A stretch of 64,000 nt of DNA from NCBI GenBank assembly GCA_043228905.1, contig JBHGNT010000021.1, positions 5,518,001 through 5,582,000 on the forward strand, written 5' to 3'. This DNA is from Azolla caroliniana (Eukaryota; Plantae; Polypodiophyta). Shown one piece after another: positions 51,663 to 61,079 of this stretch. The stretch's first letter is position 1. Each line of letters begins with the position of its first letter. Under the pieces are notes generated by a model. The model had not been told where the DNA came from. It worked only from the letters and a program-made list of their open reading frames with translations, and did no database searches. The position numbers and the translations under genes are program-made.

Positions 51663-54578
51663 TCATTGTTCACCCAAATTGTCCAAATTACTTTGTTCAA
51701 GAATTTCCACTTGTTCTTCCGGTTGTGGTTGTTGCGGCTGTGCTTGCTGCTGCTGCTGTGGTTGCGGTTGGGACTGAGGCTGCTCCGGCTGCTCTGCTTG
51801 CTGCTGCTGCTCCGTTTGTTTCGCTGACTCCGGCTGCTCCGTTTGTCTCTCTGGCTCCGGCATCTCCGTTTGACTGCTTCCGGTCCGGTCTCCTTCCAGT
51901 AAGGGTTCCTCATCACTGAGGTTGACCGTAACTGGTTCTCGTTCTTTCTCTCCCCGGATCCGGGACCTCTCGTAGCTTTCAAACTGGATCTGCGCCTCCA
52001 TCCTGTCGTCGTCCAGCTGAGCTACAAGTTGCCGGACTTGCTCTAGTTGGTCCTCTGCCAAGGCTTGAAAGTCTTCGGCCAGCTCATCTCTTATGCCGGT
52101 AAAATCTTCAGAATTTAGCATATAGCAATCATCTCCCTCCTTCCGCCGGTTCTCTACGTCGGCCCGGAGCAATTGGAGTTCCGCCGCGTTCGTGGCCCAC
52201 TTGGTCCACCATTTGACGGAACCGTTGTCAATCAAGCTCTTGGTCTGGTTCAACCAGGCCCGCATTATATCCTGGATGCGACTTGCTCCCATTTGCGCTC
52301 TGCTTTCCACCACTTGTCGCTCCTCCTTCAACTGCTTGATGAGGTTTGCCGTATCCTCCGCCTGCTCTCTGTAGCGCGTCAGCTGCCCTTGATATGTCGT
52401 TTGCAGCCTCTGCAGCACCTCCGCCGCTCTTTCTTTTTCCGCCTGCTGTTGCCTGAGGAGCTCTGTCCGAACCTTCTCCGCCTCTTCCAACCGTCTTCTG
52501 TTTTCCGCTTGTTCCTTGGCGAATGCGGTTGCGGTCCGATCAACTGCTTGCCGGAGCTCATCCGTCCGTTCCTTGTGCTCCGTTTGCAACCGTTTATACT
52601 CCCGGTGCAATTGCTCAAATTCCTCCGTTTTTTGTTTGAGCTTGCCGTTGATCTGGCGATGGTTCCGGTCCTCCCGGTCCTTTACCTGCCGGAGTTCCTC
52701 TTTCAGGCGCTCTACTTCTGTTTCGGCGTTCCTCCGGAGCCTCTCCTTCTCTTGCAGCATTTTCTCCTTCTCCTCCTTGAGCCGGTCGTACGCTTGGTGG
52801 CCTTTCCGTAAGCTCTCCTCGGCCCGGCGTAGATTCTCAGCAGTCTTTTTGAGTTCTGCCTCCGCTGCCGTCTTCAATTCTCTTTCGCGGCTCCTCAGCG
52901 CTTCTTGGGCAACTAGCTCATCCTTTAAATCCGCAAGCTCTTGGGCTTGTGCCGCATTTCTCTCCGGAACGGTTTCCGTTGCCGGGGTCTGATTGCTATG
53001 TACAGGTTGATTTGACACTTTATTCTGTACATTGCCCGGAGTCACCGGTGCTTGGACTTGTGTTGTCAAAGCGAATTGAGCCATTTCCCTTGTGACCCTG
53101 TCCAAGTCTTGTTCAAGGCTCCGGATTCTGGACCGGGCCGTCTCTAGATCTACGGTTGTGATGAGCAACCGTTCCTGGTGCGCTCTCTCTTCCGCCTCTA
53201 TATACTCGACCGCTCCGGCGATTTGCTCGCCTACCCACCGTAGCCACATGCTACTGGTGCCTTGTTGCTGTACTGGTCGGGTCGGCTCATTCCCTGTGGA
53301 ATTGTCTGGCCTGAGTGCCTGCATATGCCGTTCTGGTTCTACTCCTTGGCCGCCGTGTGCTCTGGCTGGGCTCGCCGGCTGTTGAGTTCCGGTTCTCGCC
53401 GTCTCCGGAGCCGTTGGACTGACTTCTTCTATAGAAGTCGACAAGACCGGTTCCCTACGCACCGGTTCCGGTTCTTCCCTTGTGGTTTGCTCAGGTTGAG
53501 TTGGGGGCGTTTCTGCCTCTCGCGGGTACGACCGCTCCCCTCCTGTCTCGGCGGCCCTACTTCTTGACCGTCGTTGGAGGTGCTCTTCTGGCTCCTCCGT
53601 TTCCTCTTCCTGTGTCACGGCATGTTTCTGTGCCGTCAAGGGTTCCGGTTCCTTCTGTCCCGGTCTCCGTAAGGTTATCTTGACGGGTCGGACCGGTGAC
53701 ACCTCCTCCGGTTCTGGGACCCGTTTCTTCCCTTTCGTCGCCTTCGACGCCAGCAGCTGCTGTCGTTTGGACGCCGGCTTCGAGGTGCTTCCTTCCGATA
53801 CTCTTGGCCGCTTCTTTGGCTGAACGGTCTCGACCGGCGGCACGAGCAATGTTATCCACTGAGCGACGGCATGCCACAGCTTCCGGCCCTCCTTGCCGTC
53901 CTTTCCTCGTACCATGTCGATTGCCACGCACAAACCGTCTGCAATCAACACCGGCCAATCCACCTTGGTCCCTTCATAGGTGGCTATGATCATCCTTGCC
54001 CGACTTTTTGGCATGACAGGGGGTCGGGGGTACACGTGGCCGTACTCATGGAGCACTCGAGCTATCTCCCTGAACAGCGGATCTTCGCCGCCCTGCGTTC
54101 GATAGCCTTTGCCGGCAACAGAGTACTCACCGAAATATCGGGTGAGTTGCTCCGAGGTTGGATTATCAATCTGAAAAATTCCTCCCTCCGGAAGGCCTGT
54201 TAGCGCACGGATCGCTTCCTCGGTGATGACTTCCTTGTCGAGCTCCTTGATGACCTGGTCGGCTTCTCTGTGCGGTGGTGCTTCCATGATGGCCAAGAAG
54301 CCCTCCAGTCCGTGTTGCCTGAACCATTTCCTGGCCGCTTCCGACAGCGGTTGTGGTTCCATGTCTGCTTCGAGGTCGAGGAAAGATGGCGAGGTAGAGT
54401 GGTGATGAGAGTGAGGACGAGAGAGAGAGCGTTCTGAACGTGGGGGTTCTCTGCGTGCAGGTTCGCGTTTGCTCAGCTTCCACTGTCTTGGTGCTTCTGT
54501 GCTTCTTGGCTCGCGAAATGAAAAGGTCTCCATGCGTTCTGCTTCTTCTTTGTGCGTTTTGGCGCCTTTTTCGAGCAT
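51663..54578 (-). CDS. Extra retrotransposon ORF (about 970 aa): globular N-terminal region, long coiled coil, Gln/Pro-rich tail
   Basis: Intact ORF between pol and the 3' LTR, first ATG at 54578; E/K/R/Q heptad-rich central part; no clear transmembrane segment. Confidence 0.8.
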   Translation of the reverse strand: MLEKGAKTHKEEAERMETFSFREPRSTEAPRQWKLSKREPARREPPRSERSLSRPHSHHHSTSPSFLDLEADMEPQPLSEAARKWFRQHGLEGFLAIMEAPPHREADQVIKELDKEVITEEAIRALTGLPEGGIFQIDNPTSEQLTRYFGEYSVAGKGYRTQGGEDPLFREIARVLHEYGHVYPRPPVMPKSRARMIIATYEGTKVDWPVLIADGLCVAIDMVRGKDGKEGRKLWHAVAQWITLLVPPVETVQPKKRPRVSEGSTSKPASKRQQLLASKATKGKKRVPEPEEVSPVRPVKITLRRPGQKEPEPLTAQKHAVTQEEETEEPEEHLQRRSRSRAAETGGERSYPREAETPPTQPEQTTREEPEPVRREPVLSTSIEEVSPTAPETARTGTQQPASPARAHGGQGVEPERHMQALRPDNSTGNEPTRPVQQQGTSSMWLRWVGEQIAGAVEYIEAEERAHQERLLITTVDLETARSRIRSLEQDLDRVTREMAQFALTTQVQAPVTPGNVQNKVSNQPVHSNQTPATETVPERNAAQAQELADLKDELVAQEALRSRERELKTAAEAELKKTAENLRRAEESLRKGHQAYDRLKEEKEKMLQEKERLRRNAETEVERLKEELRQVKDREDRNHRQINGKLKQKTEEFEQLHREYKRLQTEHKERTDELRQAVDRTATAFAKEQAENRRRLEEAEKVRTELLRQQQAEKERAAEVLQRLQTTYQGQLTRYREQAEDTANLIKQLKEERQVVESRAQMGASRIQDIMRAWLNQTKSLIDNGSVKWWTKWATNAAELQLLRADVENRRKEGDDCYMLNSEDFTGIRDELAEDFQALAEDQLEQVRQLVAQLDDDRMEAQIQFESYERSRIRGEKEREPVTVNLSDEEPLLEGDRTGSSQTEMPEPERQTEQPESAKQTEQQQQAEQPEQPQSQPQPQQQQQAQPQQPQPEEQVEILEQSNLDNLGEQ

Positions 54579-54689
54579 GCACACGTCGTGTACCAATTTA
54601 GTATTAAGTAGCGTGGCGGCTCTTAAATGCCCACTACGTACCTTTTCGCGCCTTGCTTTCACACCCGTTCATACCTCGATTTTTAATGA

Positions 54690-54720
<31 letters not shown>

Positions 54721-54756
54721 AAATTTTTTTTTTTTTTTTAATGACGGTGTGTGACC

Positions 54757-57700
54757 TTACACATCCGTAGGTCCCCTCGGACCCTTACCGTTTTCCTTAC
54801 GGGTTGCCGTGTCTTCCTTCGCCTCTGCTACTGGTTCCCCGTCGTCTTTTTCTTCCGGACCGATACGTACCGATCCCGGTGTAGTGCCGGTGAGCTGCAT
54901 AAACGGGTTCTTTGGCATCGGTCCTTTATAGGGTTTTAGTCGAAATCCGTTTACCCACTTGCCTAGTACTTCACCGGCAAGTGTCCCTATCTGATAGGAC
55001 CCGTTGTATTCCCGTGTCAGCCAATACGGGCCTGTCCATCTGAACCGGAGTTTACCCGGCATCTTGCCCATCCTCGTTTGGAATACTAGCACCGGCTTTC
55101 CGATTTCGAACATCTTCTCATTACCTTTCCGGTGACGGTCAACGAACGCTTTCCGTCGTCGTTGCTCCAGTTCCATGTGTAGGATGCTGGCCAACCGTTG
55201 CTCCTCCAGTTCGCATAGTGCTGCTAGCCGCATTTCCTCCGACTTCTTTTCATTCAGCCATTCCCGTAGTTGGATCCGTAAGCTTGGTACCTGAAATTCC
55301 ACCGGCATGACCGCTTCTAAGCCGAATGCTAACCGGAACGGCGTTGTCCGGATACTTGTTTTGTATGCCGTTCTGTACGCCCATAGCGCACTATGGAGCT
55401 TTGTGTCCCAGTCCGTCCGGTTTTCATTGACAATTTTGCGGAGAATGTTCTGCAGCGTTTTGTTGGTGGACTCTGCTAACCCGTTCGCCTGTGGGTAGTA
55501 CGGTGTGCTTCGTTTATGGACCACGGCATAGAACGTTGTTAAGCTTTCCACTACCTGGCCAAGGAAGTGGCCTCCTTGGTCGCTGATTAATTCAATCGGA
55601 CAACCATACCGGCACCAAATGTTTTCGTACAGGAATTTTGCTGTGGATGACGCGGTGTTGTCTCTCAGGGCCTTAGCTTCCACCCATTTCGTGCAATAAT
55701 CCGTTGCCACGATGACATAACGATTACCTGTTCTCATTGCCGGTGGCTTGAACGGTCCGACAAAATCCAACCCCCACTTCTGGAATGGCTCTAGTGGAAG
55801 TACCGGTTGGTGTGGCATCCGTGCTTGCTCCGTAGGCTGGCCCATTCGTTGGCATAGGTCACATTCCTTAGCATACTTGACGGCGTCTTTTAACGTCGTG
55901 GGCCACCATAAGCCGCTCTGCCATACTTTCCTCGCCGTCGCTTCCCCGGCATAGTGTCCTCCGGCAACCCCACAGTGTGCTTCCCGTAAGATTACTTCTT
56001 TCTCGTCACTACGGACTGCCCGTCTCCATATTCCATCTGCTCCTTTGTGGTAGAGAGTGTCCCGTAACAGACAGAAATTGCGGCTCTGCACCGCCAGTCG
56101 TTTCCTCTCGTCCCGGTTCATTTCCTCCGGTGGCAAGCCCGTGCTTAGGAACTGGTGCATGTTTGTCAGCCATTTATCTTCTGATGCCACCGTGTCGTCC
56201 GCTGCCGTTTCCGGGGTGATACGGAATAACTCCGCGTCCGGGAATTCATCCGCTACTCCGTCGCCTTGTTCTCCGGACTCTAACCGGCTCAGGTAGTCTG
56301 CTACGGCATGCTGGATACCGGGCCGGTGGAAAATCTCGAATTCGAACTCCTGCAACAGCAAGGTCCAACCGGCCAACTTACCGGTCAAGGACGCCTTGGA
56401 AACTAAGTAGAGGAGCGCCGAGTGATCCACATGGAAGGAGAACTTCCTTCCCAATAGGTAGTGACGAAACTTTGTTACACTGTAGATCATGCCCAGGGCC
56501 TCCCGTTCCGTCGTTGAATAGTTCTTCTCCGCTTGGGACAGCTTCCAGCTGGCGTAATATACCGGCCGGTACCATTTAGGCTCCGTAAGTTGCATTAAGG
56601 CGCTGCCAATAGCGATGTCGGAAGCGTCCACGAACACATGAAATTCCTTGCTCCAATCCGGAGGCTGCACGACGGGTGCTTGCGATAAGAGTACCTTCAG
56701 GGCATTGTATGCCTTATCCTCCGTATCCGTCCATTGGAACGGTGTCCGATGTACCGCGGTGTGTAATGGTGTAGCCAAGTCAGCCAAGTGACGGAGCATC
56801 CGGCTGTGCCACCGGATCTGTCCTAAGAATCGGCTTAGTGCTTTGGCCGTTTTCGGCGCCGGTGCCCCTAGTATGGCGTTTACTTTGTCCGGGTCGACCG
56901 CAATGCCCTCCTTACTTACAATGTGTCCCAGCAATATTCCACTTGAAACCCCAAAGATGCATTTTGCTGGGTTTAAGCTTAGCCGGTATAACCTACACTT
57001 TTCAAGGCATAACCGTAGGTGCTGCAAATGGTCTTTTCCCCGGCTATAGACTGCAAAATCATCCAGGAAAACTTGCATGAAGGCAGGAATGTATTCGCCG
57101 AAGATCTCCATGATGATTCGCTGGAAAGTTGCTGGTGCCGTTTTTAGGCCGAACATCATGACTTCGGCCACAAACACCCCCCATTCGGTGACGAACGCTG
57201 TCTTCTCCTGGTCGTCGGGGTGCATCCGGATTTGATTGTATCCGCTGAAGCCGTCTAAAAAGCTATAAACGTCATGGCCGGCGACGGCATCCAGTACTCC
57301 ATCCGTGAACGGAAGAGGGAATGCATCCGTAATTGTGGCGGCATTTAGTTTCCTGTAATCTACACACACACGGATTTTACCGTTCTTCTTTGGGACGACG
57401 ACGATGGGGCTCAGCCACGTCGCTTTCTTTACCGGCCGGATGAAGCCCACTCTTAGGAGTTTGTCGATTTCCTCCTTCACTTTGGCGGCGTAGTTGGGGT
57501 TCATTCGGTATCGTCTTTGCGCCACTGGTTTCGCGTCCTTGCCTAAGTGGATCTGATGCTGATATAATTGAGGGTCCAGCCCTCGCATGTCTTCGTATGA
57601 CCAGGCGAATACGTCGCGAAACTCCGTGAGAAGTTTGATCATCGCCGCTTTATCTTCCGGCTTCATTTCTTTGGCGATGTGTACCGGCTTTGATTCGTCC

Positions 57701-60609
57701 TTGCTTCCTAGGTTCACTTCGTCGAGCTGGGATGCTTTTACCCGTTGGGAAACGGCCATTTCCCGTTCCAACGCTTCCTATGCTTGCCGTAATTCCCGAA
57801 TCGCATCTTTGTCTGGTTCGGCTTCGGTGTCGTCCCGCTGCGGCAAGTATGCGGCTACGGCTTCAGCTACGTCAATCTCGAAGAGTGGTACGATCTTCGG
57901 ATGTTCCTCCAAGTACTGGGCTTCTTCGTCGTCTGCCAATCCTTCAAGCATGTTCACACATTCCGCATACAACGGTGTGCATTCCTTACCGTTGCTCGTC
58001 CGTGGTTGTGTCGGTACCCGGACCTTGGCTTTTCCGCGCCGGAAGGTAATCATATTTTTTCGCCAATTTTGCTTGATGTGTGCTGTTTTCAACCATGGTC
58101 TGCCCAGCAACAGAGGGTACGCGCCTTGCGCCTGTAGCTGCAGCACTACAGCCGAGATGTGAAATGTGTGACCTCCTATGGTGACTTCCAATTTCCGTAT
58201 TAAGCCCGTCGGCCGTACCGAGCTCGTATCCGCCATCCGTAGCTAGAACGGGCATGGCTCCCATTCATGTATTCCCAAGGCATCACACGTACGGAGGCTT
58301 ATTACGTTCACCCCGGAACCTCCATCGATTACGGTGCCGGGAAGTTCGTGCCCTTTGACAATAGCTGTAATCGCCGGACTACTAGTGTCCACCACCGTCG
58401 GTCCCTCCTCCGGATTCGAGAAAAGGACTGGTGCCGGTGGAGCTATACCGTCTGTCATGACCGTTTTTAGTCCTTCTGTGAATCGCAGCACGAGCTGCAA
58501 GAGTCTTCCTAATGGTAACGTGATCTGACATTCTTGTAGTGCTTGCCATGTCTCGTTTTCTGGGTGGCTACCGCCGGCACTCCCTATGGTCTTCGCCTTT
58601 TGCCGTTCCGCGTCCGCGACGTTCCTTTCATTGGCTTCCTTCACCCATTCCGTCGCCTGTTTTCGTATGGCCTCTTGTGTTTCCCATTCTTTGGCCATGC
58701 CTTTCGACCGTGTGGTTACTTGCTGTAAATCCGCCACTTCCAGAACCACCATATTAACTGCTGGTCGTTTCTCGTAGCTCTTTACCGGGCACTGGTTACT
58801 GTAGTGGCCTTCCTGCCTGCAGTAGTAGCAGTACTCTTTACGGGTATTGCTGGATTCAGCATTGCTGGTAGCCGGAGTCGGTCCCGTAGTGAGGGGTGCG
58901 TTCTGTGCCGGTTGGCTCCTTGGGGTTCCCTGTTCCGGGTCCCTAGTGTGACCACCTTTCTTGAAATTACGTTTCTTATTATTCTTATTTTTATTTCGGT
59001 AGTCCGGTCGTGGTAGATCGTAAAATCGGCCGTAGTCCTCTTGGTGCCTTCGGTAACCCGGGGAATGGTCTCTGTCGTATTGCTCGTGTCGTCTGTTGGG
59101 CTCCCGATAACGGTCCGATCGCTCATACCGGTCGTAGTTATCACGCCGATTCCCGTACCGGCCATCATTCTCTTGCCTGTCCCCGTACCGGACATCCTGT
59201 GCCGGTGGGTACCGGTTCATTCTTTGCCAACGATCGTCATCTTCGTCTCGGCTGCTTCTTGGCTCGATCCGTTGGACGGGTGGTGCTTGTCGATTTAACA
59301 GGTTGTACTCGCACCGGTCCGTTGTATGACTCTTGGATTGACAAATCACACACTGAGTGCGCATGGTGCACTCTACTGCCGAGTGTCCGGCATTCAAGCA
59401 GATTGTGCATTGAATTGCCTGCCGGAACCGGAGATCTTCCTCGGTGGGTAACGCCCGTTGCAGTGTTCCCAGCGTAAGCCATGAGCTTGTCTTTTCCATT
59501 TCTCTGACCCGGTCAATGACCTGGTCGATGGTGCATCCTCGAAAGTCGATTACCGTACACACCGTGCGTAACGGTTCCCGGAGTGCGTTTAAAAATATCG
59601 TCCGTAATTCCTCCTCCGGGGGTGCACGGGCAAGCTGGCTATGCATTCGTTGGAAACGGATGACGAATTGGGGAATGCTTTCCCCTGCCTCCTGCCGGAT
59701 CGTATAAAACAGGCCCACCATTGTCGTCTGGTCGACCTCCTTGTGGAAAAAATGCAAGAATTTTGCTTTTAATTCTGCAAAGGTTGTGATGGTCGCCGGG
59801 TCCTGCGTGCGCCGCCATCGTGTCGCCGGTCCCTCCAACGTGACTCCGAATTCCGCTATCTTCGAGCGTTCTTCTTCCTCCGGTGTCATTCGCTGGGACG
59901 TGTGATTTGCTTCCCATGTCTGCTCGAAGTCATGAACATGCGCTTCTGCGTCCGGGTCATCGCGATACTTTGAGTATTGGAACGGCATGTCGTCGTCCAG
60001 TATTAGGCCGCGGTTTAGTGGCGTTTGTTGATATCTTTCCGGTTCTTTTTCCGGTTCCACTTCCGGTTCTTTTGCCGGTGCTTTTTCCGGTTCTTTTTCT
60101 GGCTCTTCTTCCGGTACCTTTGCCGGCTCTTTCGTTGGTGTTGGTGGCTTTGCTTCTTCCACTTCCGGTGTTGGTGGGTTGACGGCTTCCGTTTGCGGTT
60201 CCGGATAGCCCTGGTTGAGCGGTTCCGGTTCTGGAGTCGGCACGGTATCCGACCCGTCGTCTTCCGGGCCGCCGGGGGTATCGTTGCTGCTCCGGTAGTT
60301 CGTGTGCACGCTGTATCCCCCTTCGGAATCCGATTCGTAGGCTGAAAAGGCTTCTGCCTCGTTTTCTCCGCTTGCCAGCGCCTCCAGGAGGCGTTCGGTT
60401 TCCCGGAGACTACTTAGACTGCTTCCGTCGTCCTGGTCGCGAGTTTGCCGTAACCGGAGAGATTCCTCCGCGACTCTCCGGATCTCGTTGGAGAATGAAC
60501 GATCCGAGCGAATTTCCTGCGCTGCTTGCTGGAAAGTCTCACGTCGTCTTTGCCGTTCGGCGAGGCGTCGAGCTCGGTCTGTAACCAAGTCGTGCGTTGG
60601 TCTAGTCAT
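54757..60609 (-). CDS. Gag-Pol polyprotein, single frame, with two premature TAG stops (58243-58245, 57778-57780)
   Basis: The three listed ORFs are in the same frame. Three CCHC knuckles, VIDGGSGVN protease, LDGFSGYNQI and FLDDF RT, VDASD RNase H, GLDFVGP and PQANGLAE integrase, GPY motif. Confidence 0.92.
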
Positions 60610-60642
60610 CCATTACCGTCGTTCGCTGCGAGAAAGCAGGAA

Positions 60643-60654
60643 TCGTGGTCCCCA
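60643..60654 (-). promoter_or_regulatory. Putative minus-strand PBS (tRNA-Arg-like)
   Basis: TGGGGACCACGA begins 6 nt after the 5' LTR and is one mismatch from the recalled tRNA-Arg-type TGGCGACCAC. Confidence 0.5.
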
Positions 60655-60660
60655 AAACTG

Positions 60661-61079
60661 TGTTATTCTCTAGCCGGACAAGGCCTAACACAAGGTGTCA
60701 CGGAGACACTTCACCAAAGGGTGATTACGGCATAGGATTAAGATTCAACGATTACACCGACTTACATAGGTTACACGATTAGAATGCTTCGGTTAATTAC
60801 ACGCGTAAGATATAACAGTAATTACAGAACGGAAATCAAGACAGAAGTATAAACAACATAAGCTCTATTAATTATCCGCTGTCATTACAATGGGGTCCGG
60901 GCCTTTAAATAGGTTTCCGGCCCGTAGTACAAAACGGTGCCTCTCGCACCTATTCGGGATCCGTCCGGATCTGGAACGGCATACCGTTTCCAGTCCGTCC
61001 GTCCACACTATGCTCATTTACAACCATATCTAATTAATTCCTTCACTCCGTATTTTGGACTCCTTGCCGGCCGGTAACA
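60661..61079 (-). repeat. 5' LTR (419 bp)
   Basis: Matches 51192-51610; followed on the minus strand by the PBS and the gag ATG at 60609. Confidence 0.96.

Larger units (their letters stand above)
51192..61079 (-). mobile_element. Young full-length non-chromovirus Ty3/gypsy element (Athila/Phygy-like) with an extra 3' ORF
   Basis: Two 419-bp LTRs, TG..CA, with 2 differences seen. TSD CAAAG at 51187-51191 and 61080-61084; removing the element restores the copia frame. Order gag-PR-RT-RH-INT; no chromodomain or second RNase H seen. Confidence 0.96.

Noticed and set aside
51663-54662. env gene
   Set aside because: No signal peptide or convincing transmembrane helix; mostly charged coiled coil.
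57778-58245. Programmed stop-codon readthrough in gag-pol
   Set aside because: Both TAGs fall within or just after the protease at positions compatible with single-base decay (for example TGG>TAG), not at a gag/pol boundary.
51545-60735. Many overlapping and antisense ORFs in the young gypsy element
   Set aside because: Expected shadows of GC-rich coding DNA; no recognisable motifs.
60890-60900. Tf1-like self-priming via ggacccca in the LTR pairing with the PBS
   Set aside because: Only a 7/8 match and too close to the TATA box to be the transcript 5' end.
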